DNA from: the human T2T-CHM13v2.0 reference genome, Homo sapiens
Strand: one strand, 5' to 3'
Length of the DNA: 64,000 bases
Assembly (NCBI RefSeq): GCF_009914755.1
Contig: NC_060934.1
The position numbers and the translations under genes were made by a program. The notes under the pieces were generated by a model. It saw only the letters and a program-made list of their open reading frames with translations. It did no database searches and was not told the DNA's origin. Below, one piece after another: positions 52,129 to 64,000 of the stretch. Numbering within the stretch: position 1 is the stretch's first letter; each line of letters begins with the position of its first letter.

Positions 52129-54236
52129 CTGGATCACATGGAATTTAAACATTATGCTTATCTCTGCTATATTAAACTCATGTTAAAACAGGGTGGGGTT
52201 CAGGTGCCCATGGAAAATATGGTCACTCTATTAAGGGCATTGGAAGAACACTGTCCTTGGTTTCCTGAAAAGGGAACATTAGATGTGGAACTATGGGATC
52301 ATGTTGGTGCAAAATTCTGGGAACTGGTCCCAGCAGAAAATTATGTTCCCATCACTGTTTGGGGTGATTGGGCCTTGGTACATGCCATCCTAATGACATG
52401 CAAATCCTGTGACCCCTTGCAGTTACCACAGTTTTCTGAATCTGGCGACCTCTACCTCTTCCTCAGCTTTCCTCTCACAAGTGGCCTTCATTATCTGCTC
52501 AGTGTCTCCCTTCACCTACTCGTCCCCCACCTGATGATGTTGAGGATTCAATATCTAACTCTGGTGACTTTGGCTTAACATCACACCCTGATGATTTTAT
52601 TTCTTTTCATTAAAAATTGATACTTGTATTTCCCATGGCCCTGACTCAGACAGCCCAGGACCATATCTATGCTAACACTTCCCTCTTCAAACCTTTGCAG
52701 CCTTTGCCTCCGGAGACACCTAGTGGCTCCAGGGCCAAACTACAATTTACCTGTTATTCTGCAGGCCCTCCCCCACCCACCACTGTCCCTCACCCTCCTG
52801 TCATTTCAGTCCCTCAACTGGTCACCTTGCCATCCACTCAACCTGCTTCTCTGTACACTTCTTCATGCATGGTTGCCAATAATCACCAGTATGCTTCTGC
52901 CTCTTCTGCCCCTACAATTCACCTTTCTCACACTCTCATATTGTTCTGACTTCCTCAAACTCAGTTTCCCTTATCTACATATGCTTTTTCTGTCACTTCT
53001 ATACCGACTCCTTCTCATGTGCCTTTTCTTGAAACTTCCATACAACACCTATTATGCCAAAACAAAGAAACAAGTGGATTAGAGACATGGGCTTATCCTG
53101 TTGCGCTGGAACCTCCTAACGCTTAAGGGGAACAAGTGCATCAATATGCACCACTCAATCTTACCTTTTTAAAAGAATTCAAGGATGCTTTTACTCAGTA
53201 TGGTCCTACTTCTTCATATGTTAAAATGATATTACACACTCTTTGTACTAAAGACTTTTTCTTCCTTTAGACTGGGACATTTTGGCAAAAGCTGTTCTAA
53301 CTCCTTCTCAGCATTTACAATTCTGTACCTGGTGGTCAGAGGAGGTCTGTCTGCAGGCTCAGCTAAATCGGCCTGATGGCATTCTAATTACTCAGGCTCA
53401 GCTCACAGGCTCCGATAATTCCTCTGACACTGCCGCTCAATTAGGCTTTGGTGCTCTCACCATGGAACAAGTAACAAAGGTGTGTATGAGAGCTTGGGAT
53501 AAATTATACACCCCAGGCCAAACTCCTGTTTCTTTTAGTACTGTTAAACAGGGTCACAATGAATTATATCCTGATTTTCTGGCTAAATTACAAGATGCTG
53601 TTGAAAAATCTGTCTCTGAAGAGAATGTTCAAGGTATTTCCCTTTGCATGTCAGGTGTTGAAAATGTGGACCATGAATGTAAAATGGCCATGTGTTCCAT
53701 CCAACGTTAAATTTACCTGATCACGAATTGTTGCCTGCATATATTAAGGCTTGTGAAGGCATGGAATCAGAGACCCACAAAGCTATTCTATGGGCACTGG
53801 CCATGAAGGATGCCAATCAAAGTGGCTCAACTGATTCTTTACTTGGAGCCTGCTATAATTGTGCTCAAATTGGTCTACTCAATAAAATTGCACTGTTAAA
53901 AACTTAAAAGTGGCCAAGCTGGCTCAAAAAACATGGCCAAATGCTGCTCCTACTGTTTGCCTGCATTGTCATAAGGTTAAACAGTGGGTAAGTACTTGCT
54001 GCTCTAAGTCTGATATAGATGGCAATCCCCTGCCACAGAACCAGGGAAACGGGAAGTGGGGCCAGTCCCAGGAGCCAATATCAAATAGGACACCTCAGAC
54101 TCAGACCAATGTTGCATTTCCACTTCAAGTGGTCCCAATGCAGCCCCCAGCACAAACAAGTTTATATGCAGCCAAGCCAGATTGGCCCCAGCCTCTTCTT
54201 TTGTCTCTGTACAAAGCTTGTCCACATCCACAGTAG
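52129..54236 (+). pseudogene. gag: HERV-K gag remnant (MA, CA, NC)
   Basis: MA-like EHCPWFPEKGTLDVELWDHVG. CA major homology region VKQGHNELYPDFLAKLQDAV. Degenerate zinc knuckles CYNCAQIG and CLHCHKVKQWVSTC. Multiple stops and frameshifts. Confidence 0.9.
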
Positions 54237-55051
54237 AGGGTGGGGCAGTCAATCTCTGTAGTACCATCCCTTTAAATTTACTACCTAATTCTTTGCCATT
54301 AATTGTCCCCACTGGGGTCACTGGCCCTTTATCTCAAGGTTCGGTGGGCCTGATATTAGGTAGGGCATCCACCTCTGCTAAAGGTATCACTCATCATACT
54401 GGCCTCATTAATTCTGATTCCTCTGATGACATTAACCTTATATTGTGCGCCAAGGTTCTTGTTTCCATTCTGGCCAGTGAGTCAATTGCTCAATTACTTT
54501 TATTACATAATATTGTTTTAAACAAGGGAGATAAGTCATGGGGCCCTGGAATGGGCTATGGCGGTGAAAAACCTGCTTAATGGATTAATGTAATTTCTAA
54601 ACCATGGGCCACCTGCACCATACACATTCAAAGAAAAAAGTTTGAGGGCCTAGTAGATACTGGGGCTGATGTTTCTATTATTTCCTCTAATTTACAGCCT
54701 TCCTCTGGGCTTAAACATCTTGCCAACATGGGAGTAATAGGTGTTGGAAAGGCTGATGAAGTTCACCAGAGCACATTTATCTTGCCTTGCACTGGCCATG
54801 ATGGTCAAAATGGTCCAATTTAGCCTTATATCACGCCAATCCCCATCAATCTTTGGGGTAGAGATTTGCTGGCACAATGGGGGGCTGAAATTAATATTCC
54901 ACATAACTCTTATAGTGCTCCCAGTCAACATATAATGGAAAACATGGGGTTTGTTCCCAGACTAGGTCTTGGTCAAAAACATGAAGGAATTATTAAACCC
55001 CTTCAAGTTACTTTAAAAGAGGACAGGGTTGGTTTAGATCATCCTTTTTAA
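54182..55051 (+). pseudogene. pro: HERV-K pro remnant (dUTPase + aspartic protease + G-patch)
   Basis: dUTPase-like VPTGVTGPL..GSVGLILGRAS..GLINSD..IAQLLLL. Protease LVDTGADVS near 54650-54676. C-terminal MGFVPRLGLG. Slippery GGGAAAC at 54044-54050 upstream. Confidence 0.88.
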
Positions 55052-57654
55052 TGGCAGCCACTCACAAACCTCCTAATCTTATTCCTTTACAATGGAAATT
55101 GGAAACACCTGCTTGAATTGAGCAGTGGCCACTCTCTAAAGAAAAACTGGAGGCTTCAACTCAATGGGTTTCTGAACAGTTACTACTTGGAAATGTGGAA
55201 TGTTCTCTTCCCCTCCTGGAATTCTTCTATGTTTCTAGTAAAAAAGAAATCAGGCAACTGGCCAATGATAACTGATTTAAGGTCCATTAATGCTGTAATT
55301 AAACCTATGGGAGCAGTCCAACCTGGCATGCCTGCCGCTGCTTTAATACCTAAAAATTGGCCTCTCATAGTTATTGGTCTTAAAGATTGCTTTTTTCATA
55401 TTGCTTTGCATGAATTGGATTGTAAATTTTTGCCTTTACTTTTCCATCTATCAATAATCAGGAGCCTGCAGCTCATTATCAATGGAAAGTACTTCATCAG
55501 GGAATGCTGAATAGCCCTACTATCTGCAAGATTTATGTTGGACAGGTGCTTTCACCAGTTCGAGCTCAATTTCAACAGGCTGATATTCTTCACTATATTG
55601 ATGATATATTAATTTTTGCCTCCATTGATAAACAATTAATTGACTGTTATCAATTTTGGAGCCACCATGTTATAGAGGCTGGATTACACATCACTCAGGA
55701 TAAAATTCAACAGTCCACTCCTGTTCAATATTTTGGAATGCTGGTCGATAAGAATGTATTCAACCTCAAAAAGTTCAGATTAGGAGAGTTTCTTTGAAAA
55801 TCTTAAATGATTTCCAAAAACCATTGGGTAACAATCATTATTGAAGACCTACTTTAGGCATTCCAACAACATATGTGCTGTCTAACTTGTTTTCTATGCT
55901 TCGTGGAGATTCCAATCTCCACAGTCCCAGGACTTGCACCCCTGAGGCTTCACTTGAATTGCAATTCATAGAATAAAAAATCCAAACTGCTCAATTGTCT
56001 AGGGTACAGCCGTCTCAGCCTTTTCATGTTCTGGTTTTTGCTTCATTGCACTCCCCTACTGGGCTAATAGTTCAATGTAATGATTTAGTGGAGTGGTGTT
56101 TTCTTCCTCATTTGGTTTCAAAAACTTTGTCCGCTTATCTGGACAAAATGTCCACCCTAATTGGACAAGTTCAGTTTAGAATACTTAAACTTTCTGGATT
56201 TGATCCAAATTTAATTGTGGTTCCTTCAAATTGGCTCGAAGTTCAAGCTGCTTTTCAACATTCCATACTGTGGCAAATTCACTTGGCTGATTTTATTGGT
56301 TATTGACAGTCATTATCCAAAAAACAAATTGTTTGATTTTATAAAAATGACTTATTGGGTGGTCCCTTGATTGACCAAAAACCAGCCCATTCCTGAGGCT
56401 GTTGCAGTGTTCACTGATGGCTCCAGTAATGGAAATGCTTGTTAAGTGAGTCCTACAGACAAGCTTATTTCTACCCCTTACACCTCTTCTCAAAAGGCAG
56501 AGTTAATTACTGTAATTACTGCCTTACAAGATTTCCCCAAACCTTTAAATATTCTCTCTGATTCTGCTTATGTTGTACTTCCCACTAAAAATGTAGAAAC
56601 CGCTACTGTCAAACATATTGATAATTCTGAATTGGCTTCTTTATTTTCAAGATTACAACAGGTGGTTTTCCAACATAGACATCCTTTCTATATTACACAT
56701 ATTAGATCTCATACTACTTTACCAGGACCCATGTCTACAGGTAAACATAAAGTCGAGTGTTTGGTCTCTTTTGCAACCCAAGAAGCTCAGGAGTTCCATA
56801 ATCTCTCTCATGTCAATGTTATGGATTAAAAGATAAATTTGCTCTCACCTGGAAGGAGGCTAAGCTTATTGTCAACTGCTTCCCTCAGTGCCAAGTTTTT
56901 ATACTTCCAAATCAGGAACATGGTGTTAATCCCACAGGCCTAACTCCTAATGATTTGTGGCAAATGGATGTGTATCATGTTAGCTCCTTTGGCAGATTTT
57001 CATATGTGCATGTTTCCGTAGACATCTTTTCAGGCTTTACCTGGGCTACTTGCCAAACAGAGGAAGGCATGGCCCATATTAAAAGACATCTGTATCCTTG
57101 CTTTGCAGTTATGGGGCTTCCATATCAAATAAAACCAGACAGCACCCCTAGATATGTGAGTAAGGCTTTTGATTTATTTATGCAACAGTGGGGAATTTCC
57201 TGTATTACCGGAATCCCTTACAATCTTCAGGGAAAGGCTCTGGTGGAAAGGGTCAATCACACTTTAAAAACTCAATTGTCCAAAGAGTCTGAACAACAAA
57301 AGCATAATTTAATCACTCCCCACTCCCAATTATATTTAGCATTGTTTTCTTTAAACTTTCTAAATGTTCCTAAAGACAATACTCTGATTGCAGCTGAATG
57401 CCATTATACAGGCAAAAAATTCTCCCTAAATGAAGGACAAGCCAGTCTTATTGAAAAACTCCCAGGCCAATACCTGGGAACCTGGAAAAATTATAACGTG
57501 GGGAAGAGGGTATGCTTGTATTTTACCAGGAGATCATCAGTCCCCTGTCTGGGTGCCTACTAGGAGACTTAAACTTCCTGTGAATTTTGACTATAAAAAC
57601 CACAGGGAAAAGACGTCCACGCCAGAGGTCACCATCGTATCTGGTGAGATCTGA
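55051..57654 (+). pseudogene. pol: HERV-K pol remnant (RT, RNase H, integrase)
   Basis: [37 protein letters not shown] (RT); VFTDGSS, QKAEL, SDSAYVV (RNase H); [26 protein letters not shown] (IN). Heavily frameshifted. Confidence 0.92.
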
Positions 57655-57659
57655 ACCAA

Positions 57660-59879
57660 CTCCTCAAAGTCTGGCATGCCAAATCAAAATTTATCTGGTT
57701 CAATCCTCCCTAATGGCAACGGAGACCCATCTAACTAATCCCACTTCTCCTAAACCTAAAAATCTCACCATTCTATTTGCCTGAAAATAACATCCTTCTG
57801 TTCTTCTCTTCCTTCTTCAGCACTGGATCTCACTTACTATAGGTTTTATTTAGTAATTCTCCTCCTTATATTTTCTGTCTCAGCAGGTTCCCCTCACAAT
57901 GATGTACCTGCTACACAAAATTACTCTTAATGGGTTTATGTGCCTTTTCCTCTACTTATTCGTCCTCTCACCTGGATGGATACTCCTGTGAAAATCTATA
58001 CTAATGATAGTGTGTGGATGCCTGGACCTACAGATGACCGTTTCACCTTTCAACCAGGAGAAGAAGGCACTGCATTTAATGTTACTATGGGTTATATATA
58101 CCCTCCCATTTGCCTCAGACATGCACCTGGTTGCATCCATCTAGAAACTCAAGTCTGGGCTGCTGATCTTCTGGAGAGATTAACTACAAAGGAACAGGGA
58201 CATTTTGTCTCTGGTCTCTCCCTTTCTCCTTTAATACAAATGAAAAGGGGAATAATAGGATATACTCCATACTTTCAATATAAACATGTAGGAAAACCGT
58301 GTCCTAAAAATTTTGAGGGCCCAACTAAAACTTTAATTTGGGAAGATTGTGTTAAGTCACATGCAGTAGTATTAAAGAATGACTCATATGGTTTAGTAAT
58401 AGACTGGACACCAAAGGGCTGTTTAAAAAACAATTGCTCCTCTGGCAGAAGGGAATTCCTGGAGGCTACTTATTTTATTTCTTATTGGGAGGACGGGATC
58501 ATCATCTTCCTTTGCATAGGAGGTTCGGCCCTTTCTTACCCTTAAAATGGGAAGATAAGGGCTTTACCCCCTACCCAAGGCCTCATATGCTATTCCCCAT
58601 TCTGAGCCCATAACACTCAGAATTTTGGAAATCGGCTATTGCCATGTCCGCCGGACTGTGAGTAAAGGAAGGGGAAAGGTTTCTGTCTGTTGTCCCCACT
58701 ACTGTCCCTCACATTCATGATTCTGAACCCCATGGTAAATCCCCTTTGAGCTCTTTTCTTCTTTTTGACACCAGTCCTCCTTTGTGGACTCCAATTGGCA
58801 TTATGATAACTCTTCTCGACCAACGTATGCCCCTCTACCTCTTTGGCATTCCCAGGCACCTCAGAATACTTCTTTATCGCAGAGAACATTGGGCATTGCC
58901 ACTGCCACTCCTCTCCCTCAGTAACAAAATAGATTCAGACATTCTGCTTCTTTTACCTCCAACCTGACTATTACTATACAGAGTTGCGTTAGACCTCCTT
59001 ACATGCTGTTAGTGGGAAATATCAAAATTTGGCTGAACAATCAAACTGTCTAATGCATTAATTGTCATTTATACACTTGTATTAACTCCCATTTTGACTC
59101 CAGGAAAAGTGTAATATTGGTTCGAGCTCGAGAAGGAATCTGGATACCAGTAACCTTACACAGACCTTGAGAATCTTCCCACTTAGTACATTTAATTAAT
59201 GAAGTGTTACAACGAATTCTTAAAAGAACTAATAGATTTGTTTTCACTTTAATTGCTGTGATCTTGGGCCTAATTAGAGTCAGTGCACTGGCCGCTACTG
59301 CCAGAATGGCATTACATTAATCTATTCAAATCTCTCATTTTGTTAAGGATTGGCAAGCCAATTACACCCAAATGTGGAATTCTCAACAGGGCATTGATCA
59401 AAAATTAGCTAATCAAATTAATGATTTAAGACAATCTGTTATTTGGCTTGGAGATCTGCTAGTGAGTCTTGAACATTGCATGCAAATGCAGTGCAATTGG
59501 AATACTACTGATTTCTGTATCACACCATATTCCTACAGCAAGACTGATCATTCATGGGAAATGATGAAAGGACACCTTTTGGGTAGGGAAGATAACTTAT
59601 CCTTAGACATAACTAAATTAAAGAAACAAATTTTTGGAGCCTCTCAAGCTCATTTATCCATTGTGCCTGCTGCTGAGGCGTCTGATCAGGTGGCAGAAAG
59701 TCTTTCCGGACTAAACCCCAATACTTGGATTAAGTCTATTGGTGGCTCCACTGTAGTAAATTTTGGATTTACGTTTCTCTGTTTAATTGGCTTGTTTTTA
59801 GTGTGCTGGACAAGTAAAAGAATCCTTCATCAAAACTGAGAGAATGAGCAAGCATTCATCTCCATGGCACATTTATATA
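57660..59879 (+). pseudogene. env: HERV-K env remnant (SU + TM)
   Basis: YVPFPLLIRPLTWMD..YTNDSVWMPGPTDDR (SU). Degenerate cleavage site KRTNR|[13 protein letters not shown] near 59222. TM WNSQQGIDQKLANQINDLRQSVIWLGD..CNWNTTDFCITP. Confidence 0.9.
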
Positions 59880-59894
59880 AAAAGAAAGGAGAGA
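59880..59894 (+). promoter_or_regulatory. Polypurine tract
   Basis: AAAAGAAAGGAGAGA immediately before the 3' LTR TG. Confidence 0.85.
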
Positions 59895-60227
59895 TGTTGA
59901 GGGAAGTCAGGGACCCCAAAATGGAGGGACCGGCTGGAGCCATGGCAGAGGAACATAAATTGTGAAGATTTCATTTTAATAGGGACATTTATCACTTTCA
60001 AAATAAAACTTTCATAATTTCTTATCCTTGCCTTACTTTAATCTCTTAATCCTGTTATCTTCATTGGCTGAGGATGTACATCACCTCAGGATCACTCTGA
60101 TCACTGGGTTAACTGCACAAATTGATTGTAAAATGTGTGTTTGAACAATATGAAATCAGGGCACATTGAAAAAGAGCAGAATAACAGCGATTTTTAGGGA
60201 ACAAGGGAAGACAGCCATAAGGTGTGA
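59895..60227 (+). repeat. 3' LTR (MER11A-like), truncated after ~333 bp
   Basis: Homologous to 51147-51381. Stops at cataaggtgtga and runs into alpha satellite with no R/U5 and no TSD. Confidence 0.88.
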
Positions 60228-63200
60228 GACATTTGGGAGCCCATTGAGGCCTATGCAAAAAAGTTGAATATCCACAGATTAAAACTAGAAAGAAGCTATC
60301 TGTGTAACTGCTTTGTGAAGTGTGGATTCATCTCACAGATTTACAACTTTCTTTGATTCAGCAGGTTGGAAAACTCCTTTTGGAGAATATGCAAAGGGAC
60401 ATATAAGAACCCATTAGTTCTAAGGGAAAAAAAAGCCAAATATCCCCATACAAAAACTAGAAAGAAACTATCTGTGAAACTGCTTTGGGATGTGTGGATT
60501 CATCTGACAGAATTAAACCCTTCTTTAGATTTCAGAAGTTGGAAACACTCTATTTGGAGAATCTGTGAAAGGACATTTGAGAGCTTATTGCTGCCTGGGG
60601 GAAAAACCCAATATCCTTAGATAAAAACTAGAAAAAAGGCTTCTGTGAAACTACTTTGTGATGTGTGGAAACTTCTCACGGAGTTAAACCTTTCCTTTCA
60701 TTCAGCAAGTTGGAAACATTCTTTCTGGAGAATCTGCAAAGGGACGTTTTGGCACCCATTAAGGCCTATGGGGGAAAACAGATTATCCCCCAATAAAAAC
60801 TGCAAAGGAGCTATCTGTGAATCTGCTTTGTGATGTGTGGTATCATCTCATAGAGTTAAACCTTTGTTTTGATTCACCATGTTCAAAACATTCTTTTTGG
60901 AGAATCTGTGAAGGGACATTTGGGAGCCCATGGAGGCCTATGGAGAATTACTGAATAAGCCCCAACAACAACAAAAAAAAAATAGAAAAAAAGAAATCTA
61001 TGAAACTGCTTTGTGTTGTTTGGATTATTCTCACAGATAAAACCATTCTTCTGATTCGGCAGTTTGGAAAAACTGTTTTTGTATAATCTGTGAAGAAAAA
61101 TATGTGAGCAAATTGAGGCCTAAAGGGAAAAATTGAATATCCCCTGATAAAATCTGGAATGAAGCTATCTGTGAAAACATTTTGTGATATGTGGATTTAT
61201 CTGACATAGTTAAAACTTTCTTTTGATTCAGCAGGGTTGGAAACACTCTAACTGGGGAATCTGTGAAGAGACATTTGGGAGCTCTTTGATGCCTATAGGG
61301 ATAAACTGAATACCCAAGGAAAAAAAGAAAACTAGAAAGAAGCTAACTGTGAAACTGCTTTTTGAGGTATGGATTCATCTCACAGAGTTGAAACTTTCTT
61401 TTGATTCAGCACATTGGAAAAACTTTTTTTTGGAGAATCAGTGAAGAGACATTTGGGAGCCCATTGAGCCTCTGGGGAGAAACAAAATATCCCCAGCTAA
61501 AAATTAGAAGGAAGCTATCTATGAAACTGCTTTGTGATGTGTGGATTCATCTCACAGATTTAAACCTGTGTTTTGAATCAGCAGATTGAAAACACTCTTT
61601 TTGAAGAATCTGTGAAGGGACATTTGGGAGCTCATTGAGGCCAATGGAAAAAAACTGAATGTCTCTGGATAAATACTAGAAATAAGCTATCTGTGAAACT
61701 GCTTTGTGAGGTGTGGATCCATCTCACAGAGTTAAACCTTTTTTGTTAATCCAGCATTTTGGAAACACTCCTTTTGGAGAACCTGTGAAGCAACATTTGG
61801 GAGCCCATTGAGAAATATGGGAGGAAAAACGAATATCCTCAGACAAAAACTAGAAAGAAGCTATCTGTGGAAGTTCTTTGTGATGTGTAGATTCACCTCA
61901 CAGAGTCAAACCTTTCTTTTGATTCAGCAGGTTGGAAAACTCTTTTTAGAGAATCTGTGAAGGGACACTTGGAGCCCATTGAGTCCTATGGGAAAAAAAC
62001 AGAATATGCCCAGATAAAAACTAGAAAGAGGGTATCTGTGAAGCTGCTTTGCGATGGGTGGATTCATCTCCGAAGGTTAAACCTTTCTTTTGATTCATCA
62101 GGTTGGAAACACTCTTTTTCGAGAAACTGAGAAGTGACACTTGGGAGCCTTTGAGTACTATGGGAAAAAACCCAATATCACCAGATAAAAACTAGAAAGA
62201 AGCAATCTGTGAAACTGCCTTGTGATGTGTGAATTCATGTCAGAGAGTTAGCTCTTTCTTTTTTTCAGCAGGTTGGAAACACTCTTTTTAGAGAATCTGT
62301 GAAGGGACATTTGGGAGCCCATTGAGGCCAAAGGGGAAAAACAGAATACTTTAAGATTAAAACTACAAAGAAGCTATCTGCAAAACTGCTTTGCGATGTG
62401 TGGATCATCGCACGTGGTTTAATCTTTTATTATTATAATTATTCAACAGGTTGGAAACCCTCATTTTGGAGAATCTGCAGAGAAATATTTGACTGCCCAT
62501 TGAGGCCAATGGGGTAAAACAAAATATCCCTAGGTAAAAACTAGAAAGAAGGCATCTGTGAAACTGCTTTGCGATGTGTTGATTCATCTCACAGAGTTAA
62601 AATATTTTTTGATTCAGTAGGTTGGAAACACTCTTTTTGGAGAATCTGCAAAGCTATATTTGGGAGCCATTGAGGCCTATGGGAAAAAACTGAATATCTC
62701 CAGATAAAAACTAGAAAGAAGCTATCTGTGTAACTGTTTTGTGATGGGTGGATTCATCTCACAGAGTCAAAACTTTTTGTTGATTCAGCAGGTTGAAAGG
62801 ACTGTTTTTAGAGAATCTGTGTAGGGACATTTGGGAGACCATTGAGATCTATGGAAAGAACGAATATCCCCAGGTGAAAACTAGAAAGAAGTTATTTGTG
62901 AAACTGCTTTGTGATGTGTGGATTAATCTGCAATAGTAAAGCCTTTCTTTTCATTCAGGAGGTTGGAAACAGTCATTTTGGGGAATCTGTGAAGGGACAC
63001 TTGGGAGCCCATTGAGGCCTATGGGGAAAAAAGGAATATCCCCAGATAAAAACTACAAAGAAGCAATCTGTGAAACTGCTTTGTGATGTGTGGATTCAGC
63101 TCAGAGATTTAAACTTTCTTTTGATTCAGCAGGTTGCAGATCTTCTTTTTATAGAATATACAAAGGTCAATTTAGGGGCCCTTTGAGGCCTATGGGGAAA

Positions 63201-64000
63201 AACAGATTATCCCCAGATAGAAAGAGAAGAATCTACCATGAAACTGCATTGTGATTTGTAGACTCACCTCACAGAGTTAAGCCTTTCTTTTATGCAGAAA
63301 GTGCCAAGCCCTTTTTTTGGAGAATCAACGAAGAAATATTTAGGACCCCATTGAGGCCTATGGGGAGAAACAGAATATCCCCAGATAGAAACAAGGGAGA
63401 AGCAATCAGTGAAACTGCCTCATGATGTGTGCATTCATTTCTCAGAATTAAACTTTTCTTTGGCTTCAGCATGTTGGAAACACTGTTTTGTAGAATCTGC
63501 GAAGGGACTTTTGAGAGCCCAGTGAGACCTATGGGGAAAAATTGAATATCCCCATGTGAAAATGACAAGGAACCTAGCTGTAAAACTGCTTTGTGATGTG
63601 TGTATTCATCTCATAGAGATAAAAGCTTCTTTTGATTCAGCAGGTTGGAAACTTTTTTTTTGAAGAATCTGCAAAGGGACATTTGGGAGCCCATTGAGGT
63701 CTATTTGATAAAGCTGAATATTCCCAGATAAAACTAGAAAGAAGTTGTCTGTGAAACTGCTTTCTGATGTGTGGATTCATCTCACAGAGTTAAACCTTTC
63801 TTGTGATTCAGCAGGTCAGAAACTCTCTAATTGGAGAATCTCTGAAGGGGCATTCTGGTGCACATTGGGTCCTATGGGGAAAAATCGAATATCCCCAGAT
63901 AAAAACTAGAAAAAAGCTACCTGTGAAACTGCTTTGTGATGCCTGGATTCACTTCACAGAGCTAAACCATTTTTTTGTCTCTGCAAGTTGGAAACACTTC
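60228..64000 (+). repeat. Monomeric alpha satellite, type A, opposite orientation
   Basis: ctgtgaaactgctttgtgatgtgtggattcatc...cagcaggttggaaacactc...cctatggggaaaa, the reverse complement of the type A diagnostics seen at 8.4-32.7 kb. Confidence 0.95.

Larger units (their letters stand above)
51147..60227 (+). mobile_element. HERV-K(HML-8)/HERVK11-type betaretrovirus-like provirus with MER11A-type LTRs, defective
   Basis: LTR-PBS-gag-dUTPase/pro-pol-env-PPT-LTR order. Both LTRs start TGTTG.GGGAA.TCAGGGACCC, the MER11 family start. Confidence 0.9.

Noticed and set aside
52114-59839. A coding-competent or exapted HERV-K gene such as env or dUTPase
   Set aside because: Every gene is split by multiple stops and frameshifts; the longest pieces are ~200 aa and key residues are degenerate.
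60222-60227. GTGTGA at the provirus right end resembling ATGTGA (51141-51146) as a 6-bp TSD
   Set aside because: It corresponds to internal LTR sequence (cataaggt.tga), the LTR lacks R/U5, and the satellite that follows is out of register and a different type.

Overview
This is primate, human-like pericentromeric DNA at the junction between a duplicated gene fragment and old monomeric alpha satellite. It contains no intact protein-coding gene. Bases 1-4424 are the 5' two-thirds of an L1PA5/6-like LINE-1 on the minus strand. Bases 4425-8400 are non-satellite, intron-like DNA carrying one intact 101-nt cyclin Y-like (CCNY/CCNYL family) exon, an AluSp, a MER5 and a MIR relic. From about 8404 to the end is diverged ~171-bp alpha satellite; no CENP-B box was seen by eye. 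The satellite comes in two sequence types (A and B) arranged in mirror order around a strand switch at about 47.7 kb: A - L1 - B | B - provirus - A. It is interrupted by four more L1 insertions (one 3'-truncated and internally deleted, two twin-primed 5' inversions, one 3' stub), an AluY, and a near full-length but dead HERV-K(HML-8)/HERVK11 provirus with MER11A-type LTRs. I found no convincing new protein-coding system. The most interesting signals are: rare variants, including a frameshift, shared between neighbouring L1s of different subfamilies (apparent local gene conversion); the mirror-symmetric satellite layering with a retroelement at each layer boundary; an L1 antisense promoter aimed at the cyclin Y-like exon; an open ORF0-like frame reading into alpha satellite; and relic higher-order duplications in the monomeric array. 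Subfamily calls and consensus comparisons rely on remembered consensus sequences and need RepeatMasker/Dfam confirmation.
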